Positions 22,255-36,549 of a stretch of 64,000 bases of DNA are shown here, in pieces. How positions within the stretch are numbered: position 1 is the first letter of the stretch; each line of letters begins with the position of its first letter. The translations under genes and the position numbers were made by a program. Below the pieces are notes generated by a model, which was not told the DNA's origin, made no database searches, and saw only the letters and a list, made by a program, of their open reading frames with translations. Source of the DNA: Carcharhinus longimanus (Eukaryota); assembly GCA_030264375.1 (NCBI GenBank), contig JASCQW010000162.1, forward strand, positions 115,196,357 through 115,260,356, given 5' to 3'.

Positions 22255-22600
22255 ACTGTGAGGTCTGGAGAGAGTGGACGTGGAGAGTATGTTTCCACTA
22301 GTAGGAAAAGTTAGAATCAGAGGGCACAACCTCAGGCTAAAGGGACAATCTTTTAAAACAGATGAGGAGGAATTTCTTCAGCAGAGAGTGGTGAATTTGT
22401 GGAATAGTTTGCTGCAGAAGGCTCTGGAGGCCAAATCAGTAAGTGTCTTTAAGACAGAGATAAATAGGTTCTTGGTAAGGGGATCAGGAGTTTTGAGGAA
22501 AAGGCAGGAGAATGGGGATGAGAGAAAAGTCAGCCATGATTGAATGGAGCAGACTTGATGGGCCAAGTGGCTTAATTCTGCTCCCCTGTTTATGGTCTTA
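22255..22600 (+). mobile_element. Younger CR1 LINE 3' end
   Basis: DVESMFPLVGKVRIRGHNLRLKG...QRVVNLWNSL...FKTEINRFL plus tail cagccatgattgaatgg...gcttaattctgctcc. Confidence 0.85.
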
Positions 22601-22604
22601 TACC

Positions 22605-22870
22605 TGGCTCAGTGGTTAGCACTAGTGTCTCTCAACATTTGATTGAGGCTTTGGGTCACGATTAGTGTGGAGTTTGCACATTCTCCCCATGTCTTGTGGG
22701 TTTCCTGAGCGCTCTGGTTTCCTCCCACACTCCAAAGACATTTAGGTTGGGTGGATTAGCCATGGTAAATGTTACAAGGAAAGGGCCTGGATAAGATGCT
22801 CTTTTGGACAGTCAGAGCAGACTTGATGGGCCAAATGGCCTCCTACACGTAGGAATTCCAAAGTTCTATG
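22605..22870 (+). mobile_element. HE1-like SINE (tail type B)
   Basis: tggctcagtggttagcact...gtgtggagtttgcacattctcccc...gcagacttgatgggccaaatggcctc. Confidence 0.75.
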
Positions 22871-25800
22871 GATAGATTTCTGGCTACTAAGTGAATCAAG
22901 AGGTGCAGCAATAAACAGAAGTTGATGCATCTGTTCATTCATTATCTTATTAAGGGGTGCATGCTCTACTCCTATCTGAGATATTAGTAGTTAGCATCCA
23001 CTTCTCTAGTGAAGACAGGTGCAGTCAATCTGGCAATAAATGAAGAGGTATTAGCAATATTGTATTATTAATAATAATGAAGAGGATATACTAATTAGCT
23101 TGGTGTTCCTCAAAGTTGAAAAGTTTCCTAGCCCAGATGGGACACTAAGTTATTAAGTGCAGTAAAGGTGGAAACTGCAGAGGCTATGGTCACAACTTCC
23201 TCCTGGGATATGGAGGTGCCAAAGGACCGGAGGAATGCAAATAACACGTCCCTAGTTAAATATGTGTGAGGGATAATCATAGCAACTGCAAGCCTGTCAG
23301 CCTATCATTAGTAATGGAAACATTCTTAGAGGCAGTATTCTGGGATAACATTTATTAGCATTTGGAGTATGGGCTAATAAACGAAGGCACAGATTTGCTC
23401 ATGGCAAATTGTTTGACTGAATTGCTCGGGTGCTTTCATAAATGTTGATGAGAATAGTGCAGTTGGTGTGTATAAAAAGACAGACATTTGATAAATCGTC
23501 TAAAGATTTCTGTGAAATTGAAGGCCAAGGAATTAAATAGAAGCAGCATGGAAGCAAAATTGGCTTGGGACCAGGAAGTGGAGATTACTAGTGAATGATT
23601 GTTTTTCAGAATGCAGGGAAATATACAGGAAAGGCAAATAGGAATAGATTTCAGAAGGACAAAGATGGGCTAGTTAAAAAGGACAGATGCAATTTACCAG
23701 TAGTATGAGGTGATATATTTGGCTGGAAGAATGAGAAGAGACAATGTGAACTAAATGATGCAATGTTAAAGGACATACAGGAACAGGATATGGTTAGTCT
23801 CAGCCTAACATTACATCCAAATGACAACAACTCCAAAAGTTGGGCATGAATGATCGGAACAGGTTGAAGATGAGATCAAAAGGGCTGAATGCACACAGCA
23901 TCCTCTCCTCCTGAACTTTATTATGGTAATTTCACAACTTTTGTGCCATCACAGCATTCCATCTATCACTGGTTGACAAAGTCAAAGGCTCTTACATTGC
24001 TAAAGTGCCATTGATTGCTGCTGTGTAGCTCTTCCATGGTAACAATGATTGCCCATGGTCAACAGCATTGTTCTGCTGGAACAAACAGCCCTCTAGTGTT
24101 GCCTTTAAATGCACAGATCCATGTTAGCTCATATGTAAGCTTTCAGTTGAGCACTGCTTTCATGAAAGAAATAGCTGAATGTTGCAATGAAAAGACAATA
24201 GGAGTTGGACTGGTGGGTTAGCTTAAACCCAAACAACTGTAGTTTGAATTTAATGTTTATCTAAACATTGGATAATTTTATCTGATGGTAATGTTAGCTT
24301 CACTAGTTAATAATCATTGCCATACATCATCGTATTTCAATAAATGTTTTACGGGTTTTCTATTTTTAAAATAATTGTACCCAGAGACACTGTTCCTTTT
24401 TATGTGGCAGTGTGACTGGTGGAGTGGTTCCCACGCAGGAAAATGGATCAGGACACAGAACTTAGCAGCTGCAAATATAAATAGTCCTGAGGCAAATTAT
24501 TCTATATACATATTAAAATATGATACAATTTCTTAGTTGTATAGAGGTGAGTCTTATGCATACATTGCTTCTGTACAGATCCCTGGACATATTTGTCTTA
24601 GGACATCTGGTGTGCTTTGCAATTATATTTTTCCATTGCTTGCTGTGGTATCTTTTGAAGGCTATCACAGTAACTGTGGTCTGCCCAGATTAAATCATAT
24701 GGAGCTGACTGAGAATGCTGACAGTTCCTTTCTACGCCTCCCCCCACCCTTCTTTCCTTTTTCCTGCTGAACACAGCCAAAATATTGGCTGCAGCTGAGG
24801 ATGTGCAAATGTGCAGTAGTTATTAAAAATAGGTTTTGGAAAAACATAAATTATTGTAAATGCATAAAATGTGGCAGTGGAAGAAGCAGCATGCTCAGGA
24901 AAAAAATGTGTTGTCATGGACTTAAAAATGCCTTGCATTCAGAAACATGCATTTTGCTTTGTATGGTTAGTTGAAGGTAACTTGCACTGAACCAAGATTT
25001 TAGTAAATCAAATTATTGCTGTAATTGATACCTTGTACATATGTGTTTGTAGTTGCTAGGAGTTGCTAGTGCTGTTGATCTGTTAATGCAGGGATGTCAC
25101 CTGTGGTAATCTCAGTGAAATCCAGTTTGCACTTTTTATATTTGTTTTAATGTCTTTATCTTGAAGGTTGGAATGTTCAGTTGGTTCAGTGGTTGCTTCA
25201 TTAGTTGGATAAGTTGTCAGTTGGAACACTTGGGGATTTCTTAAGTTTCCACAACTCAAGATGTGTGACTATTAACGTGATTTAAACTGGATATCTACCC
25301 TTGGAGGCTTAATGATGTCCAGAAACATTATTGTTTGGGCACCTCTGTGCTAATATATTGAATGTTGAAAGAGCAGTGCTGTTGGTTCCCATTTAGTGTA
25401 ATGCATTGCCTAGGTTTTTGTGCCTTTAAATTTTTGGTACCCATTTTGGGACTATCATACCTCATACAAACATCTGATTCCCTTTGATTTAAGCTCTGTA
25501 ACCTGATTATAGCATCTCCATTTTGCTTCTGAAGTTTCAACAGGTCCCATTTTATGTTCAGTTAATGCTTTTGATGGACCCTGTCTGGCACATTTTTTTT
25601 GTAGCTTTTTCACATGTGTTGCGGGGGGGGGAAGAGCTTCCTTCCTAGGGAGCAAAAGTAACTTGGCAAACATCAGGTTAAAGTTCCATGGGGAGGAGGG
25701 GTGGAAATTCTATACATAGCTGTTCAGCTGGGCAAGGGAATACATATAATTGAATTTTTCTGCCTCAAATGAATAAGCAGTCAGGAAGGAAAAATTGGAA

Positions 25801-26633
25801 ATGCATCAAAATGTTGCCTGGTAATGAGACTGATGACTCGTAAAAAGTCACATGAATATCCTGCATGTGGAATGTGTAGTATCTGGGTCTAGAAGACAAA
25901 AACTAAATTAAATGTATTCAAACTGCTGCTGAAGCATTAAAAAAAGGTCTAGCTTTATCGGAGTGTTTCTTGCCAAAATTATGATGTCATTTTGGTTGCC
26001 ATGGAGTGTGGTTAGACTGGAGGAGACAGCCCAGCCAGTAAAATAGGACATTTGTTTGGTGAACTGCGCTGTGGTTTCCCCTCACTGAATGCAATGGGGA
26101 AAACTATCAACAATAAATCTCTTGAATGTTCAGCTCTTTTTTTTTTGTTTTTTTGTAGCTTGAGGAAGAGGTGTGGGCCTTGTCGCAGATTTGGTACATG
26201 CTCTTATTTTTCCCATGTAGGCAGGGCGTGTGAGCTTGCTTGGAGTTTGGTTTTTATGCCTACGTATATATACTGTAGAACATTAACTGTGTCCAATAAA
26301 CTTGTAAAGTTTAGTTTGGCAAGCTGTTTTTCCCTCTGCCACAGCCCTTACTGTGCGGAAAGAAAAACAACATTTCCCACAGCAGCACGAGTTATATATT
26401 TCATTGCAGTAAAGCAAAGTAGCAAATTTTAAGCAAAATGGAGAGTTTGGTTACACTTATACTTTTTAAGAGTGTGAATACAAAGATATTGAACAAAATT
26501 AATGTACTTGAATGAAGTCTTTAATGTGCAGCATTTTTTTTACGTGGTCTTCTCACAGTTAGATGGTATTTGCAACCTGCTATAGGAAGGATGATGTTTG
26601 AGAGAATAATTTTGTTAAACATTTAATCCATAG

Positions 26634-26820
26634 GTGAAGCTGCACTAAGGAGTGACGGTAGGATGCAGTCAATCCCAGTGTCCTCTGCGCTTACCAACCA
26701 TCGCACAGGACCTCCACCCATCAGCCCCAACAAGAGGAAGTACAGTGGGGACCAGGGAGGTGATGATATGGAAAGTGAGAATGAACATGCCTCTAAAGCA
26801 AGCAGGTTATATGTTCAAGT
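26634..26820 (+). CDS. VGLL4: VGLL4 coding exon 2 (GEAALRSDGRMQSIPVSSALTNHRTGPPPISPNKRK...), phase 1/2
   Basis: tag|GT acceptor, GT|gtaagt donor, 187 nt; conserved HRTGPPPISPxKRK motif. Confidence 0.93.
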
Positions 26821-29800
26821 GTAAGTATTTCTTGACTAGAAGCATTCCATGTGCTGAAAACTAAGAGTTCTTTTGCTACGTCAGTTACAGAAGATGGAAC
26901 TGATTGGAATGGATTAATCCTGAATGAAGAGCAGATTCAGCAACAACTAGGATTCACATTTTTAGTAAAGCCTGTCCTTTGAACTCTAGTATCTGCACAC
27001 ATCTTTACTTGGGTCCTTCTGCTGATTTTACTAAGTAAAGTTTTTAGCAGGAAAATGGCTTGGGGATTAAAAAAAGCTATTGACTAAATAGTATACTTGC
27101 CCAAATACTGTCTGTGCACAAAGCACTGTCCATCATTATCTAACACAAACGTGTCTAGTCTATTCAAACTCCAGCTGTCAAAATTGTTATCCCCAAGGTT
27201 ATCATTTTAATTTTCCAGTGGAAAATCAACATTTTCTAATACCTTTTTTGCAGTGGTTGGGTGGGGAGGTGGAGATGGATATGAAATATATTGTCCTCTG
27301 AAATCTCTGTTTATCTACTGTTATCTGGTTTATTTCTGCTCTGTCTTTCTCAAATACTTTGTGCATACTTGTATGCCATACTCCTCCTCCCAGTTTGAAA
27401 CATGGCTTTACACACACCATGAGTCCTTCCTCAGCTTGTCACACATTGCATTATACCCCTACTGTATAATCTAATCCTTGCCTCCCCAGCCTGTCACATG
27501 GCATTGCTCAGGATACATGGCATTGCGTCATGGATTCTTGATTCCCTTTCATTTTGTTTTGAATAGCAGTCATTCCCTCCCCATGGTTAGTCTGCAGCGT
27601 TGTGATTCTTTATACACGTTGCACAGTTTCTCTTTTGTATTTCAGAGCTTGATCTGCACTGCACTCTGTTCACCTTTTCTACCTCTAGTAGACTATGTTG
27701 TAACATCTACCATCTATAGGGTGCACTGCTTCACCCAGCTTACTTTGACAGCACGTCCCAACCCTTTAATCTCATCCTGATTAGACAATGCTATGGGATC
27801 ACCTCTAAGTGCCACTTCATGTCTCACAGTATTATCATTTGGCTGTGTACTGCTATTCCTTCATCTGTGCTTGCTACAAATCCTGGACTTACCTCCTAAC
27901 ACTAATGCAAAGCAGCATCTCATGAACTGGAGCATTTTAAGGAGAAACCCTCTGTCCCAAGAAGGGATAATTGATGAACGATTTAACATCACCTATATTC
28001 AGAGAGCAAAATTAAAAAATCATGCAATGTTTCCTTACAACTTTTGAGTGTTAGATGGCTTACACTTGTACAAAACCCCCCGCAACTCCCTGCCACCTTC
28101 ACCACCCCCACCAATTCCTAAGGATTTCTGTATGGGAAAGTTAGCATGAGAAAAATATATTTCAGGTTTTGCTTGGTTAACAGGCAAGTATGCTGGAGAA
28201 CAAAATAGTTTTTATGTATCTAAACTAGCTTTTATGTACCTAAAATTATTGTTTGTATATTAATCGTCCTAAATGATGCATTTAATAGAATCTGAACTGG
28301 GTTCAAGAAAATGGAGAAAGCTGAAGAGTTGTTCTCCTCTCTAGTTCACTGTCAGAATGTAGTCCCCCCATTAGCCAATGAATGGAATTTTCCACACATG
28401 AGTTTAAATGCTCATTTATGCAGAGGAAAAAAAGCATTCAGGGTTTTTTAAGTGGCATTATGTGATAAGACTTAATTTTTTTCTGCTTTTGAACCTACTT
28501 GATCTGATCTTGAATCTTTATTCCACCCCCAACAACAACAACCGCCACCACCACCTGACTGTTAATTCCTGGCTCATTCTCCAGGAATCTTGCTAATTTC
28601 TGAAGTTGACTAGTGCCTCAATTATTTATGTATCTGGTTAGAGTGTGAGGCCTTTCAGTCCAGGGATAGGCCAGGGAAGCCAACTATATCCTTGTGTGAC
28701 GTTGAAACAGTTTCACTGTTGGTTAAGAAGTTAATTAGTGAAAATCTTAGTTTCCTTGGCTTAGTGGAGTTACAGCAGTGCATCCTATACATAGTAAATG
28801 CTGAAGCACAGTTGCATAGCACTACATCATTCAAATTAGAATTAGTCTCATTCCTGATCTGTGTTGAAATTGTGTCTCTCAAGCTAAATAGAGCTCAATT
28901 GGCATTAGTGTTTGGGAGCTAAACATGGGGGTGAAAATAAAAATCAGCTTTGGTTACCACTCCAGGTGGCTACACCAGTAAGCCCTGGTGAAATTACATG
29001 TTTTGTGGACATTCACTATGATTTGATGGCCCCGACAGTTACTAAGTCAAATAATGGCTGCTGCATAACAATTCCACAGGTGGCCACAGCGAGCCTCTGG
29101 TATCTAGTCCCTGAATGAGCCCTTCCTCTAAGCCACAATAGGTGAAGGTTTGTAGAAGAATAACATGAATTAGACGTAAAAATTAATTGTACTTTTTATC
29201 CTGCGGATACTGATGCTGCTTTCGCCAAATCTCAGTTTCACTTCACAATATAGGTGTAAGTACTGTACCACTGTTTACTAGACAAGTATAGAACTCATTT
29301 TAATATGTATGTTTTTTTGTGAACAAAGCCATTCACTGTGCTCTTGTCATCAAATTGTAATGAATATTGAAGCATTCTTGTTTTTGGAAATGCAACAGCT
29401 AAAATTCCTTAATGGGAAATTTACAGGTTTTCAATAGGACAGCCAATTTCCTCTAACTCTGGGGAATTATCCAGATACTTTATGCACTTTATTCTTACGT
29501 CTATTTAGTCCTGTGGAGAATGCCTGGGATGAGCTCTTCCAATTGTTTAGCTGATTGTGCATACAACCCAGAGTGGAAGTGAGCCATACAGATCTGGATA
29601 GTCTTGTTATTAATCCCTAATGTGCGCTGAGTCAGCAGATAATCAGTTGGGTGGCACATAATTGTTTTTGGTTAACTCTTTTTGGTTTGGGTGTGGGGGA
29701 GGGGGTGCTCATGCATGATGATGTTGGTGGAATTCATTATATCCACCTTTGCTGGAAGGTATTTGTGTGGAGACATCGTTGGTCTTGGTTGTGACATCCT

Positions 29801-29929
29801 GCTGTCACTGTACCTTCTAATGAGAGGCTCCTGATGCCCTTGGCAATGCATCCTTTCCATGAGATTGAGGTAGAGAAAAACAAAGATTCTTTTTTTCCTG
29901 TGTGTACCGAGTAACAACCTCTTAATTAG

Positions 29930-30335
29930 AGTCATAGAGGTTAATAGCATGGAAGCAGGCCCTTCGGCCCAACTTGTTCATGCGGCCTTTTTTTTAAAAC
30001 CCCTAAGCTAATCCCAGTTGCCTGCGTTTGGCCCATATCCCTCTATACCCATGTAACTGTCTAAATGTTTTTTAAAAGACAAAATTGTACCCACCTCTAC
30101 TACACCTCTGGCAGCTTGTTCCAGACACTTACCACCCTCTGTCTGAAAAAATTGCTCTTCTGGGCACTTTTGTATTGCTTCTCTCTCACCTTAAACCTAT
30201 GTCCTCTAGTTTTAGACTCCTTTACCTTTGGGAAAAGATATTGACTATCTAACTGATCTGTGTCCCTCATTATTTTATAGACCTCCATAAGATCATCCCA
30301 CAGCCTTCTACTCTCCAGAGGGAAAAGTCCCAGTC
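29930..30335 (-). mobile_element. CR1 LINE 3' end
   Basis: EVYKIMR...LFPKVKESKTRGHRFKVR...FFRQRVVSVWNKLPE plus tail. Confidence 0.85.
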
Positions 30336-33300
30336 TAATGCTTCTTTTGTTAATGTTTCAAGAAAAGTAATGAAATGGATAGCATGAGATGAGAGCATGT
30401 GGGTTTGAGGGTGCCACCGATAGCAGGTTCACAGTTATTAGATAGGAAAATTACTGCTAATGGAAATTGAATTTGCTGATCAGCCATGATTAAAATGAAT
30501 GGTGGAGCAGGCTATAAGGACTGAATGGCCTACTCCTGCTTCTAGTTTCTTTTGTAAGTCGCACGCAATTGGTTTGGACTAACTTCAGGAATTGGGAATG
30601 GCCTTGTAATAGTCTGTCTGCCGATTCTCCCTCATGGTTTGGGGCTGCAAGGGAAGTGACTACAAGATAACTTGTGATAAGGGGCAGAAAATATACAAAT
30701 AGGTATTTGCATTCTTCTAGATGCAACTGAAGGAATTCCTTGTACATGAAATCTACTATTGATTAGGTTGTGGTGCACACTCACTTCAAGTTGGTATAGT
30801 TTTGTCTGTTGCAAACTCTTTTCTTTCTCAAAGAAGAGTGTGTCATGTAGGGTGTCTCATAGAGAACTGATTGTGCTTCAGTGATAGAAGAAATGTGAAC
30901 AGAACGTAAATTGCAATCCCGAGAGCTTCTATTAAGATGTAAGCTGAGCCATTCAGACGAGGAATGTCCTAGGTTCTGTCTGCTGCTTTGTGCTGATCTC
31001 TGGAGAGTGGAGGTAGCAGATTGTAGATTCCTCTTCCCTGAATGAGCAAAACAATCTATTTTTAAAAAGAAATTGGCACTAGAAACAGGCATTGAGCCAG
31101 CCCCGTTCATCATGGAACTTGCGTCATGTTGCTGCTTTGAATTTTGATACTGATATATCGACATGTTGAACTATATGTGCAAGATAACCTAGCAAAGCTG
31201 GTACCCAATGGTGGTATGGGAGGCAAAGGGAAAATGTGGTCTTCACTGTGGCCAGAACACCACAACTAGGTAGCTGGTATATTTGGTTGTCATGTTGATT
31301 GACTTTACAAGTATTCGGGCAGGAATTCTACTGCAGATGGAATAATGTAAAGGTATTGATTGAATCAAAATATCCTTTTAAGATTGTGTGGTTTCAAAAT
31401 AAATACTAACCAGTGACTTTAGTTTGTGATGTAACCTAGGGGTTGGCAGGGGGGACTTATGGTTTATTACCATCTGAATATCAGTTGGGGTGTTGGAGGG
31501 AAGAATTGATGGTTACATGTAAAAATACCCCCCAAATATCCTTTTTATACTTGCATCACAGATGTTTAAACATTCACCATTGTAATAATTTCTCTGCCAA
31601 AAATGTGTCTAATCATAACCATTTTCTCATGCCTTTTAAGTAGTTCATATTGTGATCATAGTCTGAGCCGTGTCAGTGACAAATTTAATTTGAGTCCAAT
31701 TATCCCCAGCTCTGGTAAAATCAACCTGAGCCGTCTAAAAATACGCCAAGAGACATTAGCATGTGCCTTCATAATGTACATTTTTGCAGTCAGATCTTTG
31801 ATTTAATATGTAAACATTGACTGGTGGTCAGTTCCTTTTGAGCAGATCTTGTTTTGAGCAGAAAAAAAATGTGATCAGAGCCAACAAAAGTTTGAACATT
31901 CATTTCTTTTTTGTTATTATTTGCATCTCTTTGTTTCCTGAATTGTGTTCACAATTTTGGCCTTTCACCTGCTGTGTGAGCCTCCATAAACCAGTTACCC
32001 CTACCATTATGCTGTCTTTCACTGTAACATTTCACCATAAAGTTTTTAACTTCACTGCAGATGAGTGTTTGAGCTCTCTGTAATTTGGGTCAATAGTCAA
32101 ATTTGAGACCTAATATAAACAAGAAGAATAGTGAACCTGAACAGAACCCTAAAATTTCATCGCTACAGGGCAAAAAAAGTTATTCATTGTCTGGTGTTAG
32201 CCAATTTATGAAATGTTATATTTATTGTAAATTGGTCCTGTAAGCCTAAAATATATTCTTACTGCAAATGTGGGGGGTGGAGAAAATGTCTCCTAGTTTT
32301 ATGGAAGTGCTTTTGTAAAATTGCTTGAAATGATGTTGTAGACATTTGTTTTGAAGAAACTTAAAAAGTTCAGATTTGTAATGTTTTTAAAATACTGGCT
32401 ATGGACATTGCCATTGGGATAAGAATGCCTAGATTTCAAGAAACACTTCTGGTTCTTTTTTTAAAAGAAAATACTCCCCGAGCTAAGAATGCAGCCTTGC
32501 AAATATACAGATTAAGCTTTCACAGTCCAATCTGGCTAGAGCAAATCGGCACTATGGGCTGCTGTTTTCTTCCCAGAATTGTTCACTTCTTCAGTACCAT
32601 CCTAGAATGCAAAAATAACTCCAGGTTCCTTCTCTCCACTACTGTTTCCATGAACTCTCTCTAACAAGAAGTCCAAGGAGCTCATAAACTACTTTATCAT
32701 GAAGAGTGAGACCATTCATTCAGCTTGTCACATTCCTCCCCTCCCATTGCTCACAAGATCAAGAATCCTCCCTGTGCCTTAATGCAGAATTCCCATCTTT
32801 CTGAAGTTGCTTGCTTGTCTCCAAGCTCATCTTGTTTGTGAGATTCATCTCCTGCTTTCTGAATCCTATTCCAATTTATCTTCCTGCTCTCCATGAGCTA
32901 GCACTGTAAGTGGTTCCCATTCCACTTATGCTTGAACATGCAGATAGCTCCACATTGGAATCAGAAATCCATCCCTACCAAAGCAATGAAACAGTCCTAA
33001 GCAGAGTGGAAAGTGATGATCTCTGTCTGTAGCTATAATGTACTGAACTTCCTCATCCATCTTTACCTGTCTGCAGTCTTTCTCGCATTTGACCACGGTT
33101 CTCTCAATTGTCCAGTTAACTAGTCATTGCCAGAGATACTTTGCAATGGATTATCTTCTTGTACCCTACTATTTCTCTTCTATTTGCTGCTCATCGACAG
33201 TTTGGCTAAAACTCTGATCCTAAACTTGTTACCCTCGGACTTCATTATTCCAATATCCTCCTCGCTATTTTCCCAGCTTCCACTCTTCATAATTGTGAAC

Positions 33301-36300
33301 TCAGCAAAACACTGCAGCATGTATTGTAACCCACACCAAGTTCTGCTTATCATCACCCCTCACAGTCTACCAATGCCTTCATTTGAAAATGGTTTCCGTA
33401 CCTCACTCTTACTTACTTTTGTAACCTCTGACCAAAAAACCTTTCTAAAGCACATTTCTCCAATTCTGGTTTCTTGTGCACATCTCACTCTCCTTGCTCC
33501 ATGCTTTCATCCATCAAGTCTCTAAGCATTGGAATTCCTACCCATGACCTGCTTTAAGATGCTCCTTCTCAGTCTTTGCAGAATGCTTTTGTTAGAGATG
33601 GTATTGTGCATGAAATGCTGAATTGAGGAGGAAAATAAAAACCAAAGGGTTTGGAAAATGCATAAAATGTTTTCAATCAAGTGGTAAACGTTGGAAAACA
33701 GCTCAAGTGGTGTAGGCTAATATTTCTGACTTTAGATGTGCCATACCACTCTAGTTTTGATATGTGGAAAATACCAAAATGTTCCCAGAGTTTGGGCAAC
33801 ATCTCATTAAAATTTATGTTGCTAGAAAACAGTCATCGTGTGAAAATTATGCTATTCATACAAGATAATGAGAACAGTGATTTTATCAGTTAATGTGTGT
33901 GCATATTTAAGTGGAAATGCATATTCATATGTGTGCATATATTTGTGTGTAGTGCAGGAAAAGCTTTCAAGATATTTTTATTTCTCTGTTCCCATGACCG
34001 TGAATGGCATTGAGTTGAAAGATTTCACTTATTCCTGACTAGACAAAATGATCACCAGCACATTGTAGGCAGAGGCAGTATGCATTCCTACTACTTACAG
34101 TTCTTAGCTTTAGAGCTTAACTGAAGTAGTCTACATTCCTTGCATTCCATTCCATTTAGAATGTAGTGTGTAGTCATAAAGCATATACAGATTTTTAACA
34201 TTTAGGGAGACTTTGATGAATAGCCAGTTTCTTTTTCATTGCAGGCTACATCAATGTATTTTATCAGCTTAACAGACTAAGTGTATGAATAGTTTTTTTT
34301 TAATAGTATCCAGCCTGTAAAGCAGCCTTTCCAACCTGATCAGTGGTTATTGATGTGTCAAATCAGCCAATTGTTAAATGCATGATGTTTTGCCAAGTTG
34401 TGTGGAGATTTTGATGCTGGTTCTGTGCAGCTCCAGATGATTTGTGGTGTGATCTGAAGTAATATGATCTGCTTCAGATCAGAGTTCTGACTTGCATGTC
34501 TCCCTTTGATAGTTTGCATTAAGGTCTTTTTTGCAGCAGCAGCCTCAACACTGCAGTCTTCCAGACCCTTCCCCCTCAGCCATTTGTGGTGAATTGACTC
34601 TTGTCTGTTGATCCTGTAAACTGTCGTGACTTTCTGACCTGTCTATTGTGTCTGTCTCAATGGAACAATATTGGCTGCTGGTTGATGAGGTCACTGGGGT
34701 GGAGGGAGAGGAGGAAATTTTTTGTTTGTGAGCATGAGCAGCCAGTGATTTGTGTTTCCGGTTGTATTGGGATTGAAATCTGCCATAGCTACTTCATTTC
34801 TCCTGACTCAAATTATATTATGAAACCCAAATAAGATTATATTTCTTTAAAAGCTATTGGTACAAAAATGTGGGTGTTGCCCTCAATGAAGGTGTTTTGG
34901 GAGATCAATAGTGAACCACTTTATCAACAGTAATAAAAATACAGTAATAAATAAAACTCATACATATATCTAGATTTTAAAGGGAAAGAATTTGATAGAT
35001 TGCGTACACTTGAACAAAATTAGCAGCTCCATTCACAACAATCTGTTTCCTTTTATGGTACAGTATAGTAACACAACAAGATTTATTCATGACTTACATG
35101 TGGGTGGTGACATAATGCAATATGTTTTCTGGCAGTGAAGTTGAGAAGAACAATGGAAGTTCGCAATGCTTTGGTTCCAAAAACAGGATGATGTCCCCAC
35201 GTTGTTTATAAAATGTAGTTAAGAAATCCGGTAGTATGTGCACGAATTTATCTGAACACCCAATCAGTTACGTACTTCGCTCTTGTGATATCATGCAAGA
35301 TGAATATTATTGTTTTAAAATCATATCAGTTGTATGAAAGGGACTAACTTTGCTTACTGACACCAATTCATTTTGGCACTAGTAATTTCTTTCCCTTCCA
35401 AAAATCCACGGTGGCAGGAACCAATACAGCGTCATTGGAAATGTGCAGTTGCCAATAACTTGTGTACACAACAGTGCAACAAAGATGGCATTCTATCCTT
35501 GTGCTTACCCGCGAGCTGAATGAGCAGTATGCTCCTGGTAACTTCTGAGATCAGTTTTGCTAGAAAGTTTGACCAATGGGGAATGTCAGAAGAGCAGTTA
35601 ACTTTTCACCCCAGAGGTGGAAAAAGCATGGCTGATGGTGCTTGCTATATGCAGTAATACGGAAACTTGCTTGGGAGTGTGCTTGAATCATGATCATCTG
35701 GGCCTTTTTGGAATTTCCCATTAAACGCAACATGAGAGCTGAGGTTTTGTGCATATCACAAAAGAAAAGAACTGGATTTTTTTCTTTAATCTTTATGCCA
35801 ATTTGTAATTCACTGTTTTTCTAGGTTTTTTTCAATCTGCTAGCAAGTTGGAACTAAGGGATGATTAAAATCAACCAGTTGAGATGCAGTATATTAACTG
35901 AAAACGTAATTCTGTTTATTCTCACACATCTGGCTCACCAAGAAATAAAACCTCTTTGTTTATCCGATGAACGCAATCTATTCTTTTTCAGAAGGAAGCT
36001 GCACCTTGTTTTGTGCTTGTAGTGTGACATGTTTTTCACAACGTCAGCTGAAAATAATGTCTTGCATCAGACTGTATAGAGGGTCACAATCATGTTCAAA
36101 TAGCTGTATTTAAGATAAAGAAAAACGGAAACACCCCTGCAATTTAATGCCAGTAAAAACGGATGGTATATAATTACTTCCAGAACTCTTTCTTTCCCTG
36201 AAACACTCTCGCTCCTGCAGAATACAGCTTTTAGTAAACTTCTGGCTTTCATAACTCACTTTGGCCCATGAACTAAAAGCTGGTTTGTATAAGCCATTGC

Positions 36301-36549
36301 AAACTTGTGGACGTGATCCAAAACCAGATAACCTGCAGAAAGTCCACAGGCTTGATGAGGTACAGAAAGTGAACAGAAGAATAGCCTCTCAAAACAATAC
36401 ATGGCTTTTATATATTTTTAAGTTAATGGTGCAAAACTCTGTTCTCATCTGTTTTTGCCCTCGTTTTACTGTTTGATCTAATTTTGACCATTGGATATGG
36501 ATGTATCAGAGGATGGGTTTGGTTGAACCAAAGAATACCTACTTTCATT

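Larger units (their letters stand above)
20690..23890 (+). mobile_element. Old CR1-clade LINE (EN to RT to tail) with nested insertions
   Basis: GEEFLK...EAVLDLVL...GEHLGKSDHNI (endonuclease region); interrupted by a PLE hairpin (21385-21537), CR1 3' fragments (~21800-22600) and a SINE (22605-22870); resumes at ~22990. Confidence 0.8.
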
